A stretch of DNA of 64,000 nt from NCBI GenBank assembly GCA_951406725.2, contig OX597826.1, positions 28,272,001-28,336,000 of the forward strand, in the 5' to 3' direction. This DNA is from Octopus vulgaris (taxonomy: Eukaryota). Shown here one piece after another: positions 26,326-39,141 of this stretch. The position numbers were made by a program, and so were the translations under genes. Each line of letters starts with the position of its first letter. The stretch's first letter is position 1. The notes below the pieces were generated by a model. That model ran no database searches. It saw only the letters and a list, made by a program, of their open reading frames with translations, and was not told the DNA's origin.

Positions 26326-27130
26326 CATGGTGGGACATAGAGATCTCCCACATTTTGAATGGATATTAAAAAAAGAACGCATTTATCAAGGAAAAACTGA
26401 TTATATTTTTAAAAAGTACATTAAAATATTTTTGTTTTAATGGATTTTACAATGCATTGATGGAGTCGTTCCTAGAAGTTCTTCATGACTCACCACGGCA
26501 TCCCAGGTAGAATTGTGTCGATTTCCTTTCTGATCCTTCCCTTTAAAACCTCAAGAGTTCAAGGGCGATATCAGAAAACCCTTTCCTTTAGGTATCTCTA
26601 ATGGAAAAGGGTACAAGGGTTTAAATCTAGTATCCTTGCCAGCCGCTCAAACTCTTTCCTTAAAGAGATCAAACGTCCAGGAAACATTTCCCTCAACACT
26701 CTGAGTGAACATCATGTTGTGTGAGTTGTGGCCCTATTCTGTTGAAACCATACATGTTCAGTATCCAAATCATCCACCCTATAGCTTCATCGAAGCTTCA
26801 AAACATGAAGTGCTGTGTGTGTGTGACTATTTGTTGTTGTTGTTGAAAGTAAAGTTGTTTTAAGCCTACTGGAAATGGAATTTGAGATTAACAGGCACAT
26901 ATGTATGCATGCATGCATGTATGTCATCAAAGAATTCACAGGAATCGACCCATTGTAAATTGTAATATGGCTATTGTTCACAGCAGAACATGTTCACCCT
27001 GTGGAATAGTGTGCCTTTCATATTGTGGCACCTGTTCCTTCTGCCAGCCAGTATAGCTGTGCATTATGCAATAGAATGTGCGGGTCTTTCGCCGAACTCA
27101 AGACTTATACAAGAGCCTCACACTGCACCA
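26326..27130 (-). pseudogene. Decayed Tc1/mariner-superfamily transposase
   Basis: Reverse complement translates WFQQNRATTHTT*CSLRVLREMFPGRLISLR...LARILDLNPC (cf. FQQDGATAH...WPARSPDLNPCD). Confidence 0.75.
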
Positions 27131-27230
27131 TCAATGACTCATTTCAGTGATTCTTTCTAGCTATGGTTTTGCTCGTATACGAGAAAGCAGCTGCAGTAAT
27201 TGTAGGTGTATATATATATATGTTCTTTTA

Positions 27231-27639
27231 TTCTTTTACTTCTTTCAGTCATTTGACTGTGGCAATGCTGGAGCACCACCTTACAGGATGTCTTAGTCGA
27301 AGAAATCGACCGCAGGACTTAGTCTTTGTTAGCCCAGTACTTATTCTATCGGTCTCTTTTGCCGAACCGCTAAGTTAGGGGAACGTAAACACACCAACGT
27401 GGTTGTCAAGCGATGGTGAGACACACACACACACACACATAAATATATAAATACACCCACACATACATACATATATATAAGAAAAGGGCTTCTTTCAGTT
27501 TCCGTCTACCAAATCCACTCAAAAGGCTTTGGTCAGCCCGAGCCTATAAAAGAAGACAGTTGCCCAAGGTGCCACACGGTGGGACTGAACCCGGAACCAT
27601 GTGGTTGGAAAGCAAGCTTCTTACCACTCAGCTATGCCT
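27231..27639 (-). mobile_element. SINE family A
   Basis: Full-length homology. Confidence 0.88.
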
Positions 27640-27657
27640 GTATATACATATGTTGTC

Positions 27658-28030
27658 GGCGCAAGCATGGCAGTGTAGTTAACAAGTTCGTTTTGCAACT
27701 ACGTGGTTTCAAGTTCACTCCCACTGTGTGGCACTTCGGCTAAATGTCCTTGAGAATGAATTTGATGGACGGAGACTATGGAGAAGCCTATCGTGTATGT
27801 ATGTGTGTGTGTGAGAGAGAGAGAGAGTGGGTGGGTGGGTGTATGTGTGTGTATGCGCGTGCGCGCCTTTGTAACTAAGTTCCCATAACTTAGTGGTTCG
27901 GGAAAAGGAAACCGATATGTACTTGACTTTAAAAGAAAAAAAATAAGCTCTGGTTTCAAATTTGTCTGACTAATCTCTCAAATAAGTGGTGTCCCAGCAT
28001 GGCCGCAATCCAGTGACTGAAACGAGTAAA
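27658..28030 (+). mobile_element. SINE family A, diverged, head-to-head with the previous copy
   Basis: ggcgcaagcatggcagtgtagttaacaag head; tail cagcatggccgcaatccagtgactgaaac. Confidence 0.75.
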
Positions 28031-28659
28031 TGAGTAAGAAGTACATGATGTGTGTGGGTGAGAGTGAGAGAGAGGGAGTTTGTGTTGGTGTGTGAGAGAG
28101 AGAGAGAAAGAGAGAGAGTGTGTGTGTGTGTGTATGTGTGTGTGTGTGTGTTTGTGAGTGTATGTGTTTGTGACTGTTTGTGTGATTAGGAGCAGATGAT
28201 CATTTGTTAGTAAAGAGAGAGAAAAAGAGAGGAGAGGAAATGTTAAAATGAAAAAGAAAAGAAACAAAGGACAGGAAAAGGAGAAAAAACAAAGGAGGAG
28301 GAGGAGGAGTGGGGAGGGGTTGATAAGAAGGGTAGTTTAAAGAGCCGAAAAAGAAGAGGGGGTGAAGAACAAAGAGTTAGATGAGGGCATAGGAGTGTTT
28401 GCGGGTAATAAGAATCGTGATCGCGATCTTAAGGATGATGATTACGATGATGATGATGATGATGCTTATAATGATTATGATGTTTATGATGATGATGATG
28501 ATGAATAATCTGTATTTACTTTTAATTAGCCATCAAAGGAGTGACAAGAAGTCCAGTGGATGACTTGTATTTTCTTAAATGTCCGTCGTTTGTGAGGTGT
28601 GTGTACGTGCGTGTGTGCGAGAGATAGATGCGGGGGTTCCTCTGTGTGTGCGTGCGCGT

Positions 28660-28704
<45 letters not shown>

Positions 28705-28709
<5 letters not shown>

Positions 28710-29062
28710 AGACGTGGTTGTGTGGTAAGAAGCTTGCTTCCCAACCGCATGGTTTCGGGTTCAGTCCCACTGCGTAGCACCTTGGTCAAGTGTCTTCTGC
28801 TATAGCCTCGGGCCAACTAGACTCATGTGAGTGGATTTGGTAGACGGAAACTGAACGACGCCCAAAGTATATACGTTAGTGTGTCTGTGTTTCCCCCCTG
28901 CTATCGATGTTTGTGTGTTTATGTTCCCGTAATCTAGCGGTTCCGCAAAAGAGAACGGCAGAATAAGTATTAGGTTTACAAAGAATAAGTCCTGGCGTCG
29001 ATTTGTTTGACTAAAGGCAGTGCTCCAGCTTGGCCGCAATCAAATGATTGAAACAAGTAAAA
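28705..29062 (+). mobile_element. SINE family A
   Basis: Full-length homology. Confidence 0.88.
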
Positions 29063-29074
29063 TAATAAAGGAAT

Positions 29075-29539
29075 ATTTTCGTTTATGAATTTCCACTTGC
29101 AAGATTCCTGGTGCGAAAACGTGAGTTGAAACAATTATTGTATTTCGAGACGGTCGTTTTGGGTTTTTTGGGTTTTTTTGCCAAATAAACACCCGCAGTA
29201 TATATTCGTTCTTCACTCGTTTATTGCTGTTCTCATTTTAACTTATGATCCGGAAGTCTTTTCGCCATATTGTCCGGAAATCTTTAGTCCATGGACTAAG
29301 CGGAGCAGGAGCACTCACTAGGAAAGTGTCGCTGAAGAGGTCACAGATGTGTGACGAAAGATTTTCGGACAATGGACATGAGTTAAAATAATAACAGTAA
29401 CAAACGGGTGAAGAACGAATATACAGTGCGTGAGTTTATTTGGCCAAAGAAAAAAATGACCGTCCCGAAATACAACAATATTTGTTTCAACACACGGTTT
29501 CACATCACATCAGGAATGCTGCAATACAAATTTATTAAC

Positions 29540-29540
<1 letters not shown>
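29075..29540. mobile_element. Penelope-like inverted pLTR pair (family E)
   Basis: 29075-29255 is an imperfect inverted copy of 29355-29540; hammerhead motif near the centre. Confidence 0.7.
29327..29371 (+). ncRNA. Type-I hammerhead-like motif (family E)
   Basis: tgtcg-CTGAAGA-g-gtcaca-gatg-tgtgac-GAAA-gatttt-cggaca. Confidence 0.6.
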
Positions 29541-29603
<63 letters not shown>

Positions 29604-29612
29604 ATATGTATG

Positions 29613-29646
<34 letters not shown>

Positions 29647-29849
29647 TGTATGTTATCCCATGGAGGGTTGAATTTACAACCCCTATCTCAATTTGTATAT
29701 ACATATATATATATATGTATGTACGTATGTTTGTATGTACGTACGTATGTATGTACGTATGTATGTATGTATGTATGTATGTATGTATGTATGTATGTAT
29801 GTATGTATATATGTATGTATATATGTATGTATATATGTATGTATATATG

Positions 29850-29889
<40 letters not shown>

Positions 29890-29916
29890 TGTGTGTGTGT
29901 GTGTGTGTATGTATGT

Positions 29917-30298
29917 ATTAGAAGAAATTAGGTACTCAGAAATCTGGACGGTTTTAAATTTACAGATATTTATTAGTATGTTACATGTTTTTATAAAAAC
30001 TCCAGTGGAGTTTCAAATTGAACATTTGCAAGAATTTTGACTCTTTTTATAGTATTATTGAGTGTGTAGGGTTGGGGAGAGATAAAAGATTGTACTATCT
30101 TATATCTCTCCCCAACCCTACACACTCAATAATACTATAAAAAGAGTCAAAATTCTTGCAAAAGTTCAATTTGAAACTCCACTGGAGTGGACGAAAGCGT
30201 TATTATATGATATATGATTTATAAAAACATGTAACATAATAATAAATATCTGTAAATATAAAACCGTCCAGATTTCTGAGTACCTCATTTCTTCTAAT
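29917..30298. repeat. Long imperfect palindrome (~170-bp arms, centre ~30093)
   Basis: attagaagaaattaggtactcagaaatctggacgg... pairs with ...ccgtccagatttctgagtacctcatttcttctaat. Confidence 0.9.
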
Positions 30299-30390
30299 AT
30301 ATAATACCTGTGCATCATCTCCAAACCTTCTAATATATATATATATATAACATAGAAAGACGTGTGCTTGTGTGTGTATATATATTTAAT

Positions 30391-30979
30391 CTTTTACTTG
30401 TTTCAGTCTCTGGAGGCTGGGGCACTGCTTTGAAAGGTTTTTTTTGGTGGAGCGAATGTGCCGTTCACCTCCCCGTAACATAGCATGTTGGCATAAGAGA
30501 CCGATAAAATAAGTACCAGACATTTTTTGCCAAACCACTTAGTTACAGGGACGTAAACATACCAGGACCGGTTGTCAAGCAGTGGTGGGGGACAAACACA
30601 CACGCACGCACGAATCCCCCACACACATACATATATATATACATGCATATATGGGTACAGAATGTCACCAACGGTGCAAATATCATGAAATACGTAAGAA
30701 ACGAGATAAAGTGGAAAGCAGAACAAGTAAGTGTAGAGAAAGGACCCGTCATCAGTTGTCGGCTGTCTGTCTACACCTCATTTCGAGCATCCAAAGACAG
30801 TTGCTCCCATAAAATTTAGGATTTATGGAGAGTTAAATTTTGGGAACTAAAACATGACAATGAAGACATACAGGGAAACAAATATGAAGGATCGTTAGAT
30901 CAGAACCAGAGAGAAATATTGAACGCTGGGAGAAACGGGGTTTTTTTTTTTTTTGAAAGCGGTAAGCTAGAAAGGAGAA

Positions 30980-31031
<52 letters not shown>

Positions 31032-31211
31032 GTGTGTGTGTGTGTTGGACCACTGAACTCTACAACATTTTTTCATTCCCTCTCTGTTCCCTTATTCCTT
31101 TCTGTTGAAGAGCGTAGGCTCGAAACATAAAAGACTTTTCCATTTCTCCCGAGTGTCAAACTAATACACCTGCTTGGTGTTCAAGCACCTGTCTGTTTTT
31201 CTATAAATTTC

Positions 31212-31265
<54 letters not shown>

Positions 31266-31421
31266 CACGGGCTTCTTTCAGTTTCGCGTCTACCAAATCC
31301 ACTCACAAGGCTTTGATCAGCCCGAAGCTATAGTAGAAGACACTTGCCCAAGGTGCCACGTAGTGGGACTGAACCTAGAAGCATATGGTTGGAAGGAAAG
31401 CTTCTTACCACATAGCCACGC
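30391..31421 (-). mobile_element. SINE family A interrupted by Penelope-like family H and G fragments (30640-31215)
   Basis: Tail 30391-30600 and head 31266-31421; family G hammerhead variant (CUGUUGA) at 31098-31133 on +. Confidence 0.75.
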
Positions 31422-31731
31422 CTTGTGGATTATATTGTAAAACAGGTGACATAGAAACCCATAGGGGTACAGTTAAGAACAGATCAAATATAAATAAGAA
31501 CAAACATTAAATTTTAATCTTTAAAATTTAATATTCCTGATATTTCGAGCGAAAATGGCCCTTATCAAGAAGTGAGGAGAACCGGAGAGAAGTTTGAGTT
31601 CTTTAGATGTTTAACTTTATATGGTGATAGAGTATAAGAATGCATGTTTGTGTAATATGATGTTGAAATTTACCCAGCTCTACCTACCACACACACACAC
31701 ATACATGTATCCATCCATACATACATACATA

Positions 31732-31773
<42 letters not shown>

Positions 31774-32049
31774 AATGCGTTGTCGTAATTCGGTACATAT
31801 AAATAGTCTTTTAATAGTAAATAACAGCCCCCCACCTGGTAAATACTTCGGCTGACACCTTCTCTAATCGACGCTTTATATGGGGCATAACTTAAAATAT
31901 ACTTTAACGACGGTGCAAGAAACCACGGTTGCCGAGTGTTGCTCTTCGGTATTATAAGGAGAATTCTTTCTGGAGCAGTCATGTGACCAATGAAGGCGCA
32001 GTCTGCATCTCCGGCAATATACTTATTTATTCCAACCCACCACGAACAC

Positions 32050-32292
<243 letters not shown>

Positions 32293-32501
32293 CCTTCCCC
32301 TCCGTATCATATTCTGCATCTCCTTTCCTTTCTTTCTTCTTCGTATCTTCTTTCTTTCCGCTTCTTTCTTCTCCTTCATATCATATTCTTCTTCTTCCCT
32401 TTTACTTCTTTCTTCTTTTATTTCCTCCCTATCCTTGTATTTCTTCTTCCTGTTGCTACTTTTCTCTTCCCTCTTCCTCTTTCTTATTGGTTTAAATAAA
32501 T

Positions 32502-32578
<77 letters not shown>

Positions 32579-33399
32579 TACGTAGATTCATATGTTTAAA
32601 ACATTATAAGTAGTCTTGCTGTGGAGTGAAATACTAAGATGGGAAAGGAAGCTGGGAGAGAACTGATACAGCTAATGTTGAGAATTGTTGTAACTGTTAG
32701 CCCCTATTGTTGTTATTGTTGTATTTATAGTCCCGAGTCAACCCTGATTCAGCAGACCTATTATCAAAGTTTGTCCAACCGTGACCATCTCGACTTTCTC
32801 TTACCGGCGGTGGTAAGCTTCTAGGATTACGTTATCAAAAGTTTTTTTTTCTGTTTTATAGAAAGCGCTAGATGTTAATTGAGAGATATTTTTGGCTGCT
32901 ATTTCTCACAGGCTGACATCACCTCTATGGACTGTTGTTGCTATTTAACCACAGGTTAACTCCAGGGTGGACGGATCTTTCATCAAAAGCATTACAGCCG
33001 TGACAATCCTATATTTTTCTCATGTACTGCAATCCCTAGAACTAACATCTAAAATACTCCTTTTTTAAAACGTAAGTTTCAAATTTGGGGGAGATTTGAC
33101 TACTATTTCTTACATCCTGAGCGTCCACGTAGATACTCCATTCGTTCTTTCGTTGCTGTTGTTGTCGTACGTGAGGGGAGTTTAATGACACAACTGAAAT
33201 AGCAGCTAAAATCTATTTCAGTTGAATTACATTTTTCATAAGCTAAGACCTGGCTTCTATCTTCAGTTATCGCAGAGCTTTCTCTCCAAAAGAAGACCTT
33301 AACCTGTCACTGCAAGTTAAGGATCCCCGTGTCAAATCAACATGTATCTATTTACGGCTTAGAGGACTGGGCCAATTTAGAGACGTGTGTCTTGCCTAT

Positions 33400-33700
33400 G
33401 GATGCGTGGCTTAGTGGTTCGGGTATTCGGCTCACGATCGTAAGGTCGTTAGTTCGATTCCCGGCGGCGCTTTGTGTCCTTGAGCAAAACACTTTATTTT
33501 TCGTTGCTCCAGCCCACTCAGCCAGCAAAAATCCGTAGTTTTTGTAATTCAAAAGGCCGTATCACAGTCTCCGTAACAACTACGTTAAGGGTACGCGTGT
33601 CTGTGAAGTGCTCAGCCACTTTCACGCTAATTCGACGAACAGGCTGATCCGTTGATCAGATCAAATGGAACCAGCGTCATCGTACCCGATGAAGAGTCAA
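33400..33700 (+). mobile_element. SINE family C, diverged
   Basis: gcgtggcttagtggttcggg...gttcgattccc head; tail shared with 55130-55270. Confidence 0.75.
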
Positions 33701-33789
33701 TATAGTTAGTATAGAAACGATTTTTAAAATGAGAATATCTGAAATAAATTCGACTGCTCTCACAAACGAGAATACTAAAAATGAACCCG

Positions 33790-34015
33790 ACCGCTCTCAA
33801 AAGTTAAAAAAAAGAAAACAGGAAAAATAATCCAGAATCCTTGTCAGGTACCGGATCGACCCCCAAATCTAATCAGTTTGTGCCAGTAACGAGGCCAAAC
33901 ATCCCTGACAATTTCATCCGAATGCATTAAGCGGTTCTTGAGATATCTTGTCCATAAACAAACAAACACGACTGAAAACAATACCCCACCCCCGCCTTTG
34001 CTAAGGTGGATATAA
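33790..34015 (+). mobile_element. Helentron/DINE-1-like non-autonomous element
   Basis: aatttcatccgaatgcattaagcggttcttgagatatc, (AAAC)n, terminal hairpin ccgcctttgctaaggtgg. Confidence 0.55.
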
Positions 34016-34029
34016 TAATAACGATAATA

Positions 34030-34306
34030 ATTCTTCCTGCTATTGACACAAGGCCAGACATTTTGGAGTGTGTGAGTGGAGTGTGTGAGTGGAGCAGGTG
34101 TGAGTGGAGCAGGTGAATTGCATCGCACCAGTACTCAACGGGTACTCACTTTACCGACCCCAAAAGGATGAAAGGCAAAGTCGACCGCGTTAGAATTTGA
34201 ACACAAAACGTAAAGACGGACGAAATGCTGCTAAGCATTTGTTCCGGTGCGCTAACGATCCTGCCAGTACGCTTCATTAATGATAAAGATAATGATGGTA
34301 ATCATA

Positions 34307-34350
<44 letters not shown>

Positions 34351-34571
34351 CCTTTCTACTATAGGCACAAGACCTGAAATTTGCGGGGAAGGGGGATAAG
34401 CGATTACATCGACACCAGTGCGTAAAGGGTACTTATTTTATCGACCCCGAAAGGATGAAAGGCAAAGTCAACCTCAGCGGAACTTGAACTCAGAACATAA
34501 AGATGGATGAAACGCCGCTAAGTAATTTGCTCGGTGTCCTAACGATTCTGCACAACTCCCTACCCTCAATG

Positions 34572-34611
<40 letters not shown>

Positions 34612-35030
34612 CAACAACAACAACAACAAGAATCCTTTCTACTAAAGGCACAAGGCCTGAAATCTCGGAGGAGGGGAGACTAGTCGATTACGTCGACCCC
34701 AGTGTTTCACTGGTACTGAATTTATCGACCCCGAAAGATGAAATACAAAGTTGACCCCGGCGAAATTTGAACACAGAATGTAGTGACGGGGGAAATACCT
34801 ATTTCTTTACTACCCACAAGGGGCTAAACACAGAGAGGACAAACAAGGACAGACAAACGGATTAAGTCGATTATATCGACCCCAGTGCGTAACTGGTACT
34901 TATTTAATCAATCCCGAAAGGATGAAAGGCAAAGTTGACCCCGGCGGAATTTGAACTCAGAATGTAAAGACGGGCGAAATACCGCTAAGCATTTTGTGCA
35001 GCGTGCTAACGATTCTGCCAGCTCGCTTCA
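34030..35030 (-). mobile_element. Cluster of three SINE family B copies separated by (AAT)n
   Basis: 34030-34278, 34350-34565 and 34630-35030 (dimer). Confidence 0.85.
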
Positions 35031-35054
35031 TTAATAATAAAAACAATGATGATC

Positions 35055-35088
<34 letters not shown>

Positions 35089-35699
35089 TGATGATGATGT
35101 TCACTAAATGGCATGTTAAACAAGTGTTTTATGAAATTAGAAGAGGCAGAAAATTGGAATTTCTATCATTAGTTTTAACCTTTGAGAATGGTTTTCTGCT
35201 GCGTCTTTAATTATGGTTTAGTTTGTGTCTAATTCAGAGACACACGTCTCTGGATTTAATCGTTAATTAGTGTACAGATTCCTTCCTTATTTGTCTTTTA
35301 TCACTCGCACGCATGCATGCACACATATACGTACACTTATACATGTAGATACATCGATATATACAGATATAAACACACACACACACACACATACTTTCGC
35401 GAGCATACATTCATTAGTAGAATCAATCGTACATACGGGCACTCACTTTCTCGCAGAAACGCATTCGTGCCCGCGCACACACATATATGCTGTTATAGTC
35501 ACACTTTCATATACGCACACATTCATATATATATATTCACACACATGCATCCATGCATACATACGAACATTCACAAACGTATATGCATTAGTACAATGAC
35601 ACATATACACACAAAACTCAAACGCATTATCGCTTACAGGTTCTTAGCAGAAACACTTTCACGCACACATACACACACACACACACATACATACACACG

Positions 35700-35788
35700 C
35701 ACACATGTACACGTTAATATGATCATACACACACATGTACACGTTTATATAATCACACACACACACACATGTACACGTTAATATAACA

Positions 35789-35836
<48 letters not shown>

Positions 35837-36000
35837 CACGTTAATATAATCACACGCACATGTACACGTTAATATAATCACAAACACACACAAATAAAAT
35901 ATACACACAAGCGTCTACACATTAATATAGTCTCTCTCATACACACACACGAAGAAACACACACAAACGTGTATATATTAATATAATCACACACACACAT
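35700..36000 (+). repeat. Minisatellite acatgtacacgttaatataat with variable (CA)n spacer
   Basis: About six degenerate copies. Confidence 0.75.
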
Positions 36001-36068
36001 ACACACAATTATCTACGCATTGACTTAATAACTTACACACACTACCGTAGAAAACACATGTGCATGTA

Positions 36069-37224
36069 CAGAGCGACCCCCCCCCTACCAAAAAAAAAAA
36101 ACAGAGCCCATAAAAATTTTATGAACTCCTACAAAAGTCCAGCAAATTTCAAGAGATTCAGTCTGTGTACGATCATTCCCTTTGTGTAAAAGTTACGTTC
36201 TTTTCAAAATATGCTCCAAATGACCTCCGTGGCGTTGGAGGCGCACTTGCATATGTCGCGCAAAATTGTGAATTACTCGAACACATTCCTTGTTGGGGAT
36301 TTCCCTGATTTCTTCTTTCTTTATTGCCCACAAGGGGCTAAACAATGAGGAGGCAAACAAAGACAAACAGACGGATTAAGTCGGTTACACCGACCCCAGT
36401 GCGTAACTGGTACTTAATTTATCGACCTCGAAAGGATGAAAGGTAAAGTCAATCTCGGCGGAATTTGAACTCAGAACGTAGCGGCAGATGAAATACCTAT
36501 TTCTTTACTACCCACAAGGGGCTAAACACAGAGAGGACAAACAAAGACAGACAGACGGATTAAGTCGGTTATAGCGACTCCAGTGCGTAACTGGTACTTA
36601 TTTAATCGACCCCGAAAAGATGAAAGGCAAAGTTGACCTCGGCGAAATTTGAACTCAGAACGTATTGACAGACGAAATACCTATTTCTTTACTACCCACA
36701 AGGGGCTAAACACAGAGGGGACAAACAAGGACAGACAAACGGATTAAGTCGATTACATCGACCCCAGTACGTAACTGGTACTTATTTAATCGACCCCGAA
36801 AGTATGAAAGGCAAAGTCGACCTCCGCGGAATTTGAACTCAGAACGTAACGGCATATGAAATACCGCCAAGCATTTCGCCGACGTGCTAACGTTTCTGGC
36901 AGCTCGCCGCCTTCTTCTGCTGCGATTGCTGCCTTCAGTTCACCAATCGTTTGAGGGTTGTTCAGGTAAACATTACCCTTGAGATACCCCCAGAGGTGAA
37001 AATCGGTGGGGGGGGGGGGGTCAAGTTCAGTGAAAGCGGTGAACATTCAACGTCACACTTGCTGCTGATCAATCTCCTGAAATTGCTCTCCAGGCCAGGC
37101 TAGGGAGTCATCTGATGCGTGGGGAGTGGCCCCGTCCTGCTGGATCATCTGTTCATCTTGATCTATCCTTCTGCGTTGTTTTATTCAAAGATTTGTGGGT
37201 TCTGATTTTTGTGGGGTCACCCTG
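36069..37224 (-). mobile_element. Internally deleted Tc1/mariner-type element, split by a SINE B trimer
   Basis: TA-flanked TIRs cagagcgacccc/ggggtcaccctg. Reverse complement DFHLWGYLKGNVYLNNPQTIGELKAAIAA resumes after the SINE as EEIREIPNKECVRVIHNFARHMQVRLQRHGGHLEHIL. Confidence 0.88.
36316..36912 (-). mobile_element. SINE family B with three tandem 184-bp body units
   Basis: aaatacc recurs at 36491, 36675 and 36859; short TSD ttcttc. Confidence 0.92.
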
Positions 37225-38024
37225 TATATACATACCCCTACTCTCACACATACATACATACATACATACATACATACATACATACATACATACATACATA
37301 CACAAAGACGAAACAGTGATGGTGCTTGTATGTAGTCATGCGATATACTCGTAATAAGTCAAATCTGATTCAATAAGACATTTTTACTGTCTTCGGAAAT
37401 ATGAGGAATACATTAAGCAATGTAGTCCAAAGTACACCATGCCCACCGACAGTGTGGTCACGGTTGGAGTGCCTTTGACTGCAATTCGTTCAGTCAGAGC
37501 CGCTGTGGTGCACGCGCACTAAATGTTATTTTACGTGCGGGTGGTTATTGCACGATGTCATGTCTCACACATGCGCACTTATACTATCGAACCGTAGGGC
37601 TGAACTCGAATTCACATGGTTGCAAAGCGAGTTGCTTAACTACACAGCCAAGCCAACCTGATATTTTGTTTGGAGATGGGGGGGGGGGGCTTTCGTTAGT
37701 GGATGATCGCTTTGCAGGCGCTATGGTGTCCAGTCGACCTTTCTGTTTTGTGTTGTAGGATAACAGGTATTGGGAGATTTTTTTCTTTTTATCTCCCCGC
37801 TATGACCACAGTCTGCAGTCATACAGCTTTTTTCTTCTTCTAAGTCTGAGAGAGGATTACAAGACGGGCAGAGGATGCGAGGAGATAGAAAGGGGAAAAG
37901 ATTAAGATGGGTTTCAATACAAGATAAATACTGAGGAGCAGTTACGTTTTTGTAGAGACGGGTGTAGGGAATGGAGAGAGAGAGGAAGAAACATTGAGGA
38001 TGGACAGTGGAATGATATCAATTT

Positions 38025-38057
<33 letters not shown>

Positions 38058-38943
38058 AGAGAGAGGGAGAGTGGTAGGCGGATAGACAGACGGACACAAA
38101 GAAACTGATTGGTTCTGATAATAGAGAGATTACTTGAATGAAAAAAGATTCCTTAAGTTCAGGACAATGACAAGTATATTATATAGCATGTGTATATTTA
38201 TATGTGTGTGTATATGTCTATGTATGTATATTAGTATGCAGAAGAATAAAAAGGAAATACCGCAAACGATACTCTGTGTGTGTGTGTGTGTGCACATGCG
38301 CAACAACTATTTGCGAACGCGTTTGAATGTATCCGTGTTATATGTCAATGCGCACACACGTTCGCGTTGCCTTTTCTACACACATTGCCAATCCAACAAC
38401 ACAACCGATATAGCGATAACTATACACACCACGTAGTGACCAATTCCTTAGACAAGCTATCATTTTATCCATCTTGATCATTGACCTTCCAATCAGATTT
38501 ATGTCCAATGATCCCCTCGGACACTTCACCCAACACCGTCACCTTTCGCATTTGTTTTACGAGTGTGAAAGAAAAACATAAAATGATGCTGCAAACGCGG
38601 TGCGAGACAAGCAAGGTAAAGGGCAATGAACAGGTGTGTGTGTTTATGTGTCTAAGTTATGTTTGCACATACGCACGCATGCACACATACTTTTTCTTCA
38701 TCTGAGGGATTTTTTAAAACTGAATATTTACACGTAATCCTTTTTAACATTATCTACTTCGGGTTCCATCTTTAAAAATGATTTAGTTCATATCTCTCGA
38801 AGGTAAGCACAGTTAGCGGTTGGAATAACTGTCTAAGCGGTAAAAATATTGTGAGACTAATAACCTTATGCTTCAGAACGAAATGTTAGTCGAATACAGA
38901 GCGGTAATAAGAAAATGAGATAACGATGGACATTTTATATAAG

Positions 38944-39026
38944 AGGCTCTGATGAAGCTATGAGGCGTTACTCAAACAGTCATCTATGAGTCCACTACAT
39001 CTAATAGCAGAAACAGATGTCATCTT
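38944..39026 (+). ncRNA. Hammerhead-like motif with long stem II loop, degenerate stem I
   Basis: CTGATGA-a-gctat...atagc-a-GAAAC-agat-GTC. Confidence 0.5.
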
Positions 39027-39095
39027 ATTTTATATATGAGAGAAAGAGACAGACAGGGAGAAGACATATTAATCGACTTTTACAGCGAAAAAGTT

Positions 39096-39141
39096 AACAA
39101 TGACTTCGAAGTTTCGGTTTGTAGGTCTTCATCAGATTATC
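39096..39141 (-). ncRNA. Hammerhead-like motif, degenerate stem II
   Basis: Reverse complement gataat-CTGATGA-agacctacaaacc-GAA-acttcgaagt-C-attgtt; palindromic stem III, stem I pairs. Confidence 0.5.
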
